A stretch of DNA of 64,000 nt. Origin: Octopus sinensis. Its lineage: Eukaryota. The notes under the pieces were generated by a model. The model was given only the letters and a program-made list of their open reading frames with translations. It made no database searches and was not told where the DNA came from. Position numbers and translations under genes: made by a program. The DNA lies in assembly GCF_006345805.1 (NCBI RefSeq), contig NC_043002.1, positions 25,730,001-25,794,000 on the forward strand, read 5' to 3'. Positions 13,571-25,335 of this stretch are shown in pieces. Position 1 is the stretch's first letter; each line of letters starts with the position of its first letter.

Positions 13571-13862
13571 TGTCTCTGACTGTTTCTCTCTCTGTGTATG
13601 TGTGATAACATACGTACATAAATGCATGCATACATACATACATACATACATACATACAAACATACATACATACATACATACAAATAGATAAATATGCAGA
13701 ATATATACATACATACACACACACATACACACATATATATGCATATATATGTATATATGTGTGTGTGTGTGTATGTATATATATATATATATGTATATAT
13801 ATGTATATATATACACACACACATATACATATACATACATACATACATACATACATACATGT

Positions 13863-13927
<65 letters not shown>

Positions 13928-14023
13928 TAATCCAAACATGAAAGCACAAACAAACACAACAACGCGAGAGCGTGGAACAAATATAGTATTATTGGACGCC
14001 CAGGAAAGAAGGAAAGAATGAGG

Positions 14024-14058
14024 GTTTAACGTTTCGAGCGGAGCTCTTCGTTGGAAAC
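14024..14058 (-). ncRNA. Minimal Penelope-type hammerhead-like motif (core mutated)
   Basis: Minus strand GTTT-CCAACGA-A-GAGC-TCC-GCTC-GAAACGTT-AAAC: stem I GTTT/AAAC, stem II GAGC/GCTC, AACGTT palindrome. The core deviates from CUGANGA. Confidence 0.4.
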
Positions 14059-14220
14059 ATAGGAGAAGGAAAGATCCAGAGAAGGGAAGACAGAGGGAAA
14101 AAAAGAGGAAAAAAAATCGCCAACGGTACACACGCGGTCACATATCAAATGGGTGGCTAATTCGCAATTTTACAACCTAAACCCAAAAATATATACGTCA
14201 CTAAAGTGAACAGGGGCTCT

Positions 14221-14495
14221 AATCAGTACCAGTATTGCTACAAATGAGAATCAAAACTCAATAGCCAACAAAGGCACTATATAAACTGACAAGATGAGAT
14301 AAATTTAATCCTAGGCGCGGTGAGAGTCACTGATGAGCGTTAAGATGCATTAAGCATCAGAAAACGAAATCATCGATGATCTGATTGTATCTACGACCAT
14401 AAGAAACTTGTCTTCCTTGTCAGTTCATTAAGATAGTGTTTTTATTGGCTACTGAGTTGTTTTGACTCTTATTTCTATCAATACTAATACTGACT
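14221..14495. repeat. Imperfect inverted repeat, about 85-bp arms (14221..14302 / 14408..14495)
   Basis: AATCAGTACCAGTATTGCTACAAATGAGAATCAAAA...AACTGACAAG aligns with the reverse complement of CTTGTCAGTT...TTTGACTCTTATTTCTATCAATACTAATACTGACT. Confidence 0.75.
14325..14386 (+). ncRNA. Type I hammerhead-ribozyme-like motif with palindromic helix III
   Basis: Stem I AGTCA/TGATT, core CTGATGA, G..C-closed helix II with inner GATGC/GCATC, GAAA, palindrome ATCATCGATGAT, then C (AUC cleavage triplet). Helix II has two mismatches near its base. Confidence 0.5.
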
Positions 14496-14847
14496 AGTGC
14501 TCTTGTTCATTTTAGAGACGTATATATATGTGTGCATGTGCGTGTGTCCGTGCGTGTCCGTGCGTGTCCGTGCGTGTTCGTGCGTGCGTTTGTGTGTTTG
14601 CGCGCATGCATATGTATATTCGTGTAAAACGTTTGGTTAATTTGTGTCTCCCTATCTCAAGAAGAAACTTAGACATTCGTTAAATTGTGATGGTAAAAAT
14701 ATATTCCAGACTGAAATAACGCAGACGGAAGAAGGTAGATATGATATGTTGAAATACTTTGAAGGTAGTATTGCATATTGGCCACAATTTAGTGAGTGAA
14801 AACCGCAAAATAATTAAATCAAAGTTGTAACTTTAAAAAGTACTTAC

Positions 14848-15133
14848 TCAACTTTCCTCCGTAAAAGGCGCGATCACAATCGTCGAAACCACTATGTCTA
14901 TAAACACAGACTTGTAAAGACTGAGAAAACACCGTTCCTTTGCCACATGACATCTTGATACTCAAAGACAAATCGCCTCTGCAATCAAAGAACTCCTGAC
15001 AGTTGACTGGCGATCTTACAAAATTGGTTTTCGTTCTTTTAGCTACCACTTCACATAATGATGTGACATTTTCGCCATCAGCTTTTGCTGATGATATACA
15101 GCAGAATACAAGTAGGACTGCAATTAGATGCAT
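14848..15133 (-). CDS. Secreted two-domain chitin-binding (CBM14/peritrophin-A) protein, exon 1: signal peptide + first six-Cys domain
   Basis: MHLIAVLLVFCCISSAKA is a hydrophobic leader. It is followed by C..(PVN)C(QEFFD)C..C(GKGTVF)..C..C spacing typical of chitin-binding type-2 domains. Strong donor A|GTAAGT at 14847, phase 1. Confidence 0.85.
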
Positions 15134-15240
15134 TTTTACCGTAATGAAAAGAGTCAGAAAATAGCTTATGTTGGTTGATTCAGCTCGAATGATTTTTCTG
15201 AAAGTTCATATAAATTGTTCTCCTTTTGTATTGCTGATTA

Positions 15241-15280
15241 TTGAATGAATGTAAAGAAGATTGAATGAGTTATATTTATA
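15241..15280 (-). promoter_or_regulatory. Candidate TATA box (TATAAATA) and initiator-like TCATTC of the chitin-binding gene
   Basis: TATAAATA at 15280-15273 (minus) with TCATTC about 30 nt downstream, about 110 nt before the ATG. The AT-rich background makes chance occurrence plausible. Confidence 0.35.
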
Positions 15281-16252
15281 TTTAGAGAGATCGTTTGTAA
15301 ATACTTTCATCACATAAAAGATAAGAAGAGGAGTTATCTATATTGTTCTCCCTTCTTAAACCGCTCCTTCCTTTGTCCTTAACAAAATATTATACACACA
15401 AACACACACACACACATACATTATGTATACATACATACATACATTCATTCATACATTCATACATACAAGCAGGCATACATACATACACCGACATACATAC
15501 AGACACGCACAAATACATCAATCGAGATGATAATATTAGTTTCAACTTTTGGCACAAGGTCAGCATTTTCGGGGGAAGGGGGAAAGTCGATTACATCGAC
15601 CCCAGTGCTCAATTGGTACATATTCTTCTTCTTCTTCTTCTTCTTCTTGCCTCCCCTCATCCTCCTCTTTTTTCTTCTCTAATCTTCCCCTTCCTCTTCA
15701 ACAGCTTCTTCACTTCAAGGGCGTCTTCATCCCTGAACCATATTTTTATTTACTTTGGTATTGACCCTTTACTTGCCTTGTACATCTTTTTACAGCCTGT
15801 TTGCATTGTCATCGTTATTTACTTTTTGTTTCCTCCCGATATAAGCAAAACACAAATTCTGGCAAATGCACAATGTAAGAGCGCACTTTTGATGCAGGTC
15901 TGAGGAAGTTCCGCTCTAATGTTTAAAGCTGCAAATATTACGTAAACTTTTACTTGGAACGTTTGCGTGAACTGGCGTCGAAAGCAGAGTCGCTACAAAA
16001 CAATTGTAACTGATCATTAAAGATGTGTTAAAGTTTTTCTTTGCTTTTTTATTCGGATTATGTTTTACCCTTCGCTCAACTCACACATCGGTTTTTACTG
16101 TCGTGAAACCAAGATTTTTAAAACCTGAAGAATTTCGATATTAATCTAGAATTCGAGGGTATAGACAGCCTAAAGCTTGGGTTGAGTGCTGTATTGGAAA
16201 TCCCTTATCTTTCTACCCACCCAGTACCTTATATATATATATATATAATATA

Positions 16253-16294
<42 letters not shown>

Positions 16295-16303
16295 GCATGC
16301 ATA

Positions 16304-17075
16304 CTAGCAGAGATACCCGGTGTTGCTTGGGATTAAAATGACATAGTGAAACAGGTGATGCAGCAAAGTGCAGTATTGGCGACAAAGCATTTGTGGATTA
16401 AATGATGAGCTAATTTGACTAAGCGACATGTCATGCCTCCGTCTGAATTATTTTACACCCTAGCCTGTCATGGGAAATTGGGGTAGGGGTATGTGAGTTT
16501 TGAACGAACCGAAAAGCTGTCAGTGGATATATTCTCCTTTGAGTCAGTCGGCACTGCGTTTAACACGATCCTTCAATTGAGGTTTTGACACCTCTTTCGG
16601 GTTTATCGTCCTACATCACTCACGAAGTAATTTTGGAGGAAGTGTAGTTGTTCATTTGTGGGTAACAGGGAACCAATGAGGCGATAGACTTGAACTTTGA
16701 AGGTCGGCGTAAATCCATGTTCAACTATCTCCTTAGATGCACCAAACGATGTCATTTGAAATGCAGATTTGTATTATCTGATACTGTTCAGAAAATCCTT
16801 TGACTGGATGGAAGTGCCTTCCAGAAGATCTATAAGAGGTTGAGGAAGAGCTAGTAGTGCTAGCAATTTTACCTTACCGCTTGAGCAGCGCATGCCGTTA
16901 GTTTTATTTGGAAATTTTAAAGCTTTGCAGAAACGACAATTTCAGTTAAGCACACCAATTTGGACAAAGTTATCATTTTTATACGAATATGATGAATGAT
17001 ATCTGAAAGCAGCTCCAGGATTTGTGAAGAACGAATGTGTACGTAGTCTATTGAACCTCTGTCTAATCATTAAAA
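16304..17075 (-). mobile_element. Internally deleted Helitron
   Basis: The minus strand ends ...GCAACACCGGGTATCTCTG-CTAG|T, a Helitron-type 3' end. Upstream in the same orientation is the RepHel N-terminal remnant CRFCKALKFP...CSSGKVKL...FLNSIR-YKSAFQMTSFG...FTPTFK. Confidence 0.75.
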
Positions 17076-17281
17076 CGTTGTTTTAATGATCCAGCATTAA
17101 GTGCTGCAGCATGCCATTGCTGACATGGGAAAGTCTCATCTCCGTTCTGCATTGAAACTCATCTGATGTGTTGCAGCATGCGTTTACTGATCTTGGGAAA
17201 GTCTCATCTCGCTTCTCACTTGAGACTCCATCTGACGTGCTGCAGGATGTCTTTGCTGATCTTGAGAAAGTCTCATCTCGC

Positions 17282-18545
17282 TTGAAGATTAAGCCGCTCC
17301 TTGTCTGCCATTCCGAAAATCCACGAGCGTTCAAGGCGTACCAAATCATGAAGGAAAAGCTGCACATTATGTGGAGGGCAAACGTTAAAGCTTGCGTCAC
17401 CAGGCAATTCTTCATCGAGTGGGTCAATCTTATCTTCGGACCAGTAGTGAAAAAGTATCTTCTGGAGAACGATCTCCCGCTCAGGGCCCTCCTCATCCTC
17501 GACAATGCTCCTTCTCACCCTCCTAACTTCGAAGATGATATTCTGGACGAATTTAAATTCATAAAAGTTCTGTACCTTTTACGCAACACCACCCTATCTT
17601 GCAGCCTATGGACCTACAGGTGATTTCTAATTTTAAGAAATTGAACACCAAACACCTGTTTCGTCGGTGTTTTGAAGTCACCGAAAATACAAATCTAACC
17701 CTTCATGAGTTTTGGAAGGAGTACTACCACATTGTTAACTGCCTGAAAATCACCGATATGGCCTGGCAGGGTGGAACGAGGAGAACGCTGAATTCTGCAT
17801 GGAGGAAACTGTGGCCTGATTGCGTATCCAAGGAGGCAATGTCCATGGTCCTCGAGGTTGACAATGGAGACATTAATGATCTCGTCGAGGAACAATCAGA
17901 GATAGGGTGGAAGAGATTGGTTCCCTGGAGGAGGACAGTGAAGCGGAGAAGGCTATCTCTACGAGTGACATAAAGGCAGTGTTGGCAAAGTGGCAATATG
18001 TTTCTGAAATTGTTGAAAAATATCATCCTGAAAACATATATACAGGTCGTGCAGCTCTGCGCATTTTCGTAACATTTTGAAAGGCAGGAAAAGGCAGACT
18101 TCTCTTGATATGTTTCTAATGAAACGACCCGCAAGCGTGAAAAGTGAGGAAAGTGTGTCCAAAAAGCCAAAGTTATGCGGAGAGAGAAAACACCAAAATT
18201 GTTTTTCCTGAAGTCTTAAAAGGATACACTCCTTCCAAACAATAATCTTCCTCCCCGCTCCATCGTCTTCCTCGCATGCAAATCGTCCCATTTTTAAGGT
18301 AATTAAATTAATAAAACCAGTTTGCACATTTCTTTTGCATCCTCTTTTATTATGTTTTTATAATTGTTATTTTCCTTGTAAAAACACATTTTTTAAAAAA
18401 TTTTAAAACCCATAAAAATGATTTTTAAGTTGTTTTTGGAGGCAGAAACGGATTAATTATATTTTAATTAATTTCAATGGTGGAATTTGATTTGCACAGT
18501 CATGGTATATATATATACCATGACTGTGCTAGTTTTGCGATTTAC
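17282..18545 (+). mobile_element. pogo/Tigger DDE transposase remnant, frameshifted, with 3' terminal region
   Basis: LKIKPLLVCHSENPRAFK, ALLILDNAPSHP, QPMDLQVISNFK and LNSAWRKLWPDCV are typical Tigger motifs; split across ORFs 17168..17623 and 17599..17973. Confidence 0.88.
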
Positions 18546-18562
18546 TCGTTTATATATGTGTA

Positions 18563-18616
<54 letters not shown>

Positions 18617-19944
18617 GAGCAGAAATCAAATCGACAGTAAAGTTTAACATTTTCAGACAATTTTACTACTTGAAATCTTTCCTAAACTGTTTGGTAACAC
18701 TGATGTTGATCATGCTAAGAGCATGATGCTCTCAACACTTGCAAAATAAGATATATCAGAATAACTTAAGTATAGTAGAAAGCATTCTGTGTCCAAAAAC
18801 AACGACAGCGAAAATTAAAAGTGATACAAAAAAAACCCCTTTTATCTCAAACTGTAGCGCAATATAATAGACAGCTTATGTATACAGGTTGAGAAAAGCG
18901 ATTTTTCATTTTCAAAGGAAAATGCTTTCCAATTGTTTTGGCATAAGGAATATGAAGAGCACAAAACTAAATTCTCTAGTCATAATCCAAGCAAAGTTAT
19001 TCTATGCTTCTCTCTCTCCCTTTTTAATAAAAATTGAAGATGTTTTATATTTTTGTGTGTGTTGTATGAACGGTTTGAGTCATTACAGAAAAATATACAT
19101 ACAAACTAACTGAGCTGATGGTAATTAAAAAGACTCCTTTCATATTTCAAAGAAATATTTCGGCTTGGGGTGAGTAAATTCTAAAATACTTATCAACATT
19201 GCTTCAGCAGAATGTACCTTTTCCGCTCTGCAATGAATACACATTTGCTTCTGAGGGTTAAAGGATTAAAAGAAAAGCAAAAAAAGGTCAACTAAATGAC
19301 CCCAGTTTACTCTCTGTTGTATATGACGTTCTGAGGCAATTAATATAAATATACTAATTGCGTGATGACATCTTATAGAACAGTTTACTTCTCAAAATAG
19401 AATAGAACGGATGTAAAAGGGAAATAAGTAAAATTGCCTGATGCATATATTTTAAAATTTATGCGTCAGATAAAATTCATCTCTTGTTTTGTAATTTCTG
19501 AGATTTTTAAAATATTATACATTTAGTTAATGGATGACAGTTCATATTATTTGCATTTTTCAATCTGTATTACGTACAGAAATAGCTTAAGGTCTGTATG
19601 TGTAATTTTGAGTTGTAACATTAAAGTGGTAGGTTCAGCATTAGTGCACTTTCTGTGACAAATAAGCAGCATACGCCACAGAAACAAAACATATTATACA
19701 CATATATAATTACAATTGGAGGCGCGTGGTTTAGTCGTTAGGACATTAGACTCATGATCGTAAGATTGTGGGTTCGAGTCCTGGACGATGCGTTGTGTTC
19801 TTGAGTAAAACACTTCCAGTCCACTCAGCTGGTAAAAATGAGTAATCCTGCCACGAACCAGCGTTCTGACCAGGTAGGAATATATGCACCAGAGAAACCG
19901 GGAAACCTGCTTTATACTCCTTACGGACTAATGTGAACTGACCT

Positions 19945-20264
19945 AACAATATATATATCACCGTGATCACCGTGACCGACCAGGCTATCAGATGTTGCTA
20001 CACATCGCTGGTCACAATGCGCTTCGCATTGTTTTAGCCTTCAAATGACGCCACCCCGCTGGCTAAGCGAGCAGGCCGACAGAAGAACGAGTGAGAGAAA
20101 GTTGTGGCGAAAGAGTACAGCAGGGATCGCCACCACCCCCTACCGGAGCTCGTGGAGCTTTAGGTGTTTTCGCTCAATAAACACTCACAACGCCCGGTCT
20201 GGGAATCGAAACCGCGATCCTACGACCGCGAGTCCGCTGCCCTAACCACTGGGCCATTGCGCCT
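19945..20264 (-). mobile_element. tRNA-derived SINE (family A); further copies about 28850..29150 (+) and 38540..38820 (+)
   Basis: tRNA-like head GGAGGCGCAATGGCCCAGTGGTTAGGGCAGCGGACTCGCGG...GGTTTCGATTCCC with A and B boxes; shared body among copies. Confidence 0.85.
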
Positions 20265-20286
20265 CCACACACACACACACACACAC

Positions 20287-20343
<57 letters not shown>

Positions 20344-20569
20344 AGAGAGAGAGAGAGAGGCTTGTAATACAAATATATGTACATTATACACAACTAAATA
20401 TACATCACATGATACCTCTGAAATGCTCTTCCCACCATATATACCCACATGCATGCATATACATGTATGTATTTGTATGAGTGTGTTTGTGAATATGTAA
20501 TTGACTATAAACGCATATAATCGCGGAACATACATGTCAGACTGTTAAAAAAACAGTTTAAGTTTTTAA

Positions 20570-21790
20570 CCATCATCTTTAAAACAATATGTCTCATCAC
20601 AGAATAAATTTTATTAATTGCAATAACAAGTCGGCATGACCTTTGTCTAATAACGGAAGTAAAGGTATTAGAATCTACAAATTTTCCCCAACAAGCAAGT
20701 TTATTTTTTCCGGTAGCATAGAATTCTGGAGTTTTGGAAGCGATGAATTCTTCAAAGATGTTTTGAGATTACTGCCTGGTCGTTGGAGACCTAATTTTTG
20801 GAGATACTTGAAGAAGTGGTCATCAGTCGAGTAAATCAGGCAATGTAGATTTTTGCGGCCGAATCCATCCAATTTTTGCTGTTATTTGTGAGCTATGTTT
20901 CCATGCATTTTCTTGGAGAGGAATCTGTCAATTTACATTGACCAACTGCTCCAATAAGCACAGATATAAATGTAAAGTTATAGACCAAGTATTGTCATTA
21001 TATCCGAAGACTTTTCATCAGTTGGCCAAAGTTGTGTTTTTTAATATTGGTTTCCAATTTTGGCGCAAGGCCACTAAGTTTGGGGGAGGATACATCGATC
21101 ACATCAACCCCTATGCTCAACTGGTACTTATCGACCCCGAAGGGATGAATGGCAAAGTTGTCCTCCGTGGAATTTGAATCAGAACTGGGGTTGATATACA
21201 CATACATGAAATGAAATGTACACCGTATACTACGCTGGATGTAGACGATACAGTTATTGATGAATTCTGTCGATTTTCTGGCAATAATTTTCTGTTTTGA
21301 TGATTTCACGCGGATTCAAGAAACAATAGTGGATGATTCCACTTTGCAGACCACCAAACAGTATCTATAACATTCCTTTGATGCTGCTACGGTTATCGTA
21401 TAGAACCCACTTTTCATAACATGTCCCAAATGGGATCAAGAAATAGAACGTTTGCATTGCACAAAAGAACGTTTGCATTGCGCAGGCATCTATTTTTTCT
21501 TTCATCTTCCTTCTTTTCGTGCGGTATCTATGGAGTGTTTTTTCTTTCATTCTTGTGCAAATTTGATAGGTCAATGTTGAATTCTTTTAGAATCTCTCGA
21601 GTTGTTTTAGATGGCTCTGATTCATCTATGGTCGCTAAATGATTGTTGTCAATCGCAGAAAGTCATCTGTGACTTTCTTTATTTTCAAAGCGTTCGTATC
21701 TACTACGAGATTTTTTTTAATGTTTAAATTGACAGCCTAAAATAAACAAGAATAAACTGCAAAAACAAAGCCATTAGTATCAAACATTAG
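20570..21790 (-). mobile_element. Degenerate mariner transposase, interrupted by an inserted segment at 20941..21185
   Basis: TCYEKWVLYDNR (cf. mariner DEKW.LYDN), STDDHFFKYLQ and FEEFIASKTPEFYATG resemble mariner catalytic and C-terminal motifs. Confidence 0.65.
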
Positions 21791-22393
21791 ACCAAAATCT
21801 CTGTTTGGATACGGTATAATAGATGAACATGCGTGTGCGTGTATAATTAAAAAATATATATTTAAGAGAAATAACCGAGAGTAGCCGGTAGTATGAATTT
21901 AGACACCAGTAGCGAACAAAGTTATATTAACTTCCACACAAGATAAATTTCTAATTTATTAAAGTAATTTTTGTTTCGAGAGAAGATAAACAAATGCCCG
22001 GTAGCAATTGCAACTAATTTTGTACAAAGTTTTTCGAAATAAATTGATTACATAGTATCTTACTGATTTTTAGCTACAATAGCTGTGAATGAAATTGTAT
22101 ATACACAACAAAATAATAATATAGTTGATTTTTAATCCTGAAAGTCTTCCAGAACCGTAAGTCACTGTTTATATAAATTAATAGGAATGAGAAAAGAGGA
22201 TAATCTCACTATCAAGAATATAAAATGTCTTGATTTTAAGAAACCTCAATACTTTGCTAGAGACTAGCTTGAATTCTGTGAAAGAGAACTTAAACATAGC
22301 TCCAAGGAAAAACGTACATAATATATATATAAAGAAATAAGTTGTTTCGCAGTCAATATAATATTAAAAATAAAAATTTAAAAAAAACAAATC

Positions 22394-22620
22394 AAGGCAG
22401 CGAGCTGACAGAATCGTTAACAGGCCGGACGAAATGCTTAGCGGCTTTTCGTCCGTCTTTGCGTTCTGGGTTCAAATTCCACGGAGGCCGACTTTGCCTT
22501 TCATCCCTTCGGGATCAATAAAATAAGTACCAGTTGAGCACTGGGGTTGGTGTGTTCATGTGATCGACGTATCTTCTCCCAAACTTGGTGGCCTTGTGCC
22601 AAAATTTGAAACCAATATTA
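22394..22620 (+). mobile_element. SINE family B (AAGGCGGCGAGCTGGCAGAA...GTTCAAATTCCGCCGAGGTCGACTTTGCCTTTCATCC...), representative copy; more than 20 copies across the window
   Basis: The same 200-260 bp body recurs at about 4180, 7050, 12570, 23170, 24800, 25335, 29295, 34040, 36140, 42880, 45220, 47730, 53100, 53320, 56220 and 63120; B-box GTTCAAATT. Confidence 0.9.
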
Positions 22621-23581
22621 AAAAAGACACAACTTTGACCAACTAATGAAAAGCCTTCAGACATAACGTCAATACTTGGTTTATAACTTTACATTTATAT
22701 CTGTGTTTATTGGAGCAGTTGGTTGTCTTGCTAACTGCGGCAATTGCTAATTTTGAGAAACTGGGCTTCAGATAACCAGAAATGACACGACTAATTAAGA
22801 CATTACAAGTATTTAATGAAAATGTTAAAAGTATACAAAACATTTTAGATGTATAGCCTGTAGTAGTTATTTAAACGCAAATATATAATAGAAATATAAA
22901 CATGTATAATTGTGTACATAAATCTACCAAAACATGCAGATTTACATATATAATAGCATGCACACGCACATACATAGGTATACAGATACATACATACATA
23001 CACACATACATTCATTACATTACATTACATACATATATACATACATACACAACTACCTGATTTATTGTGCCTAAATTCCAATGAGAGGGGCTCTCTTTTG
23101 TGGATGGAAGCCGGCTCTTAGGGAAAAAAGTTTAAAATTAAACCAGATGATTAATTTTGTAAATGTACCGATTTCTTTACTACCTACAAGGGGCTAAACA
23201 CAGAAAGGACAAACAAGGACAGACAAACGGATTAAGTCGATTATATCGACCCCAGTGCGTAACCGGTACTTATTTAATCGCCCCCGAAAAGATGAAAGGC
23301 AAAGTTGACCTCGGCGGCAGACGAAATACCCGCTAAGCATTTCGCCCGGCGTGCTAACGTTTCTGCCAGCTCACCGCCTTTGTAAATGTACCTTCTCCAG
23401 ATGGTCTAGAGTCATTCTGGGGAGTGCCGATATGGAAAGAATGTAAATAAGTAGCACACCTTCAAAGTAGCATGGTTAAAGGAGTGACAGAGTGAGTAAT
23501 GAACAAACAAAACTTTCCTAAGTTTTTGCTAAATCTAAAAAAGATCACCTGGAAGTGAGCTGGTAAGTAGATAGTTCCTGC

Positions 23582-23634
<53 letters not shown>

Positions 23635-24409
23635 GCACACACACACATACACACACACACACAAAAACACGCACACACACACACACACAAACACGCACAC
23701 ACACACACATACACATTCACCGAAAACATGTTGGGCTTGGTCTTCCAGACTGACGATTGCATTAACATGTGCAGTTAAGAACTAGAGCCGCATGTGGCAA
23801 AAGCCTACAAGATCATAGCTTCTTTAAATGAAATGTACACCGTATTTTTTGGCATACAAGTCAAATTTTTCATTTCAAAGGTTTACCGCCAAAATTGGTA
23901 GGTCGACTTATACGCCAAGAACACTTTGAGGGCCCAAAATTTCCATGTGAAATGTAGCATGATTTCGAAAGATAATGACGAAGTTTAAATGCTCGCACTG
24001 TATACTACGCCGATTTGTATGCCGGAAAATGCAGCAATCTGTCCACATGATACTTGAGTGTTTTTTCTCAGATTCTCTGATTCTCAAGCTGTTCAATATA
24101 ACCCGAAGGTAGCTGACTGAACTACTTGAATAGAAACTTAGAAGAGAAACGCTCATCAGATTCAGCAGAAAATTATTTTTATGGGTTCATATCCCACAAG
24201 CTATGCGATACCAGCCTCATTCATAAAAAGAGTAGCTGCTACTGAACATGTGACAGACACATCACACCTGGAGCAACGTGAGATGAAGTGTTTTGATCAT
24301 GGACACAACGCATTTATATTTATTTACCTTTTTTTTTATATATTTTATATATTTTACATATATGTGGAGGTGGGTGGTTTAGTTCACATGTACGTATATA
24401 TGCATATAT

Positions 24410-24461
<52 letters not shown>

Positions 24462-25009
24462 CACACATATATGTGTGTGTGTGTGTGTGAGTGTTCATAT
24501 AAAGCATGTATTTCTTGGGTGTTGCCCCTCACCCAGATTAAAATATAGAAAAACACGCTGCTTTGTAACTAACTTGATAGAGAGCAAATGAGAATTCTTA
24601 ACTTTTGTATTGAAGGAAATCCTATTTTGCTTCCTGTTATCTGAGAAAACTTCCAGGTAAATATCACGAAGGCCTGAACACCTTAGCAACTCAGTAATGT
24701 TAAAATATTATCTTTGTAATCTTAAGTAAATATTTAATCCTCCTCCTCCTCCTCCTCCTCCCCTCCTCCTCCTCCTCCACCTCTTCCTCCTGTTCTTGTT
24801 GGTGATCTGGCGCGAAGATTAGCACATCTGACATAGTACTTTGTGGCATTTCGTTCGTCTTTATGTTCTGATTTCAAACTCCGCAGATGTCGACTTGCCT
24901 TTTTTATTCATCGGGGAAAAGATAAAATAAGTACCATCTGAATACTGGGGACAATATAGTCAGCATCCCCCCCCAGCCGAAATTGCCGGCCTTGTGCCAA
25001 AATTTGAAA

Positions 25010-25101
25010 CCATTATTATTATTATTGTTATTGTCGTCGTCGTTGTTATTGTTGTTATAATAATAATGATGATGATGATAATAATAATAACAATAATAAT
25101 A

Positions 25102-25173
<72 letters not shown>

Positions 25174-25289
25174 TAGAACACTTTCCATACAATAACCATC
25201 AGAGCATCACAACAAATCACAGCACATACCCAAGGCACACAGAGCTGCGCTCGGTAGTGAAGTGAAAGCACGCTATAAAAATAAAACTA

Positions 25290-25334
<45 letters not shown>

Positions 25335-25335
25335 T
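25010..25335. repeat. (TAA)n trinucleotide tracts as SINE tails
   Basis: Long TAA runs at about 25080-25170 and 25293-25335 adjoining family B SINEs. Confidence 0.95.

Noticed and set aside
19945-20264. tRNA-like heads with A and B boxes (also at 13235, 28850, 38540, 51766, 59640, 59955)
   Set aside because: They continue into SINE bodies and lack a proper acceptor stem, so they are not tRNA genes.
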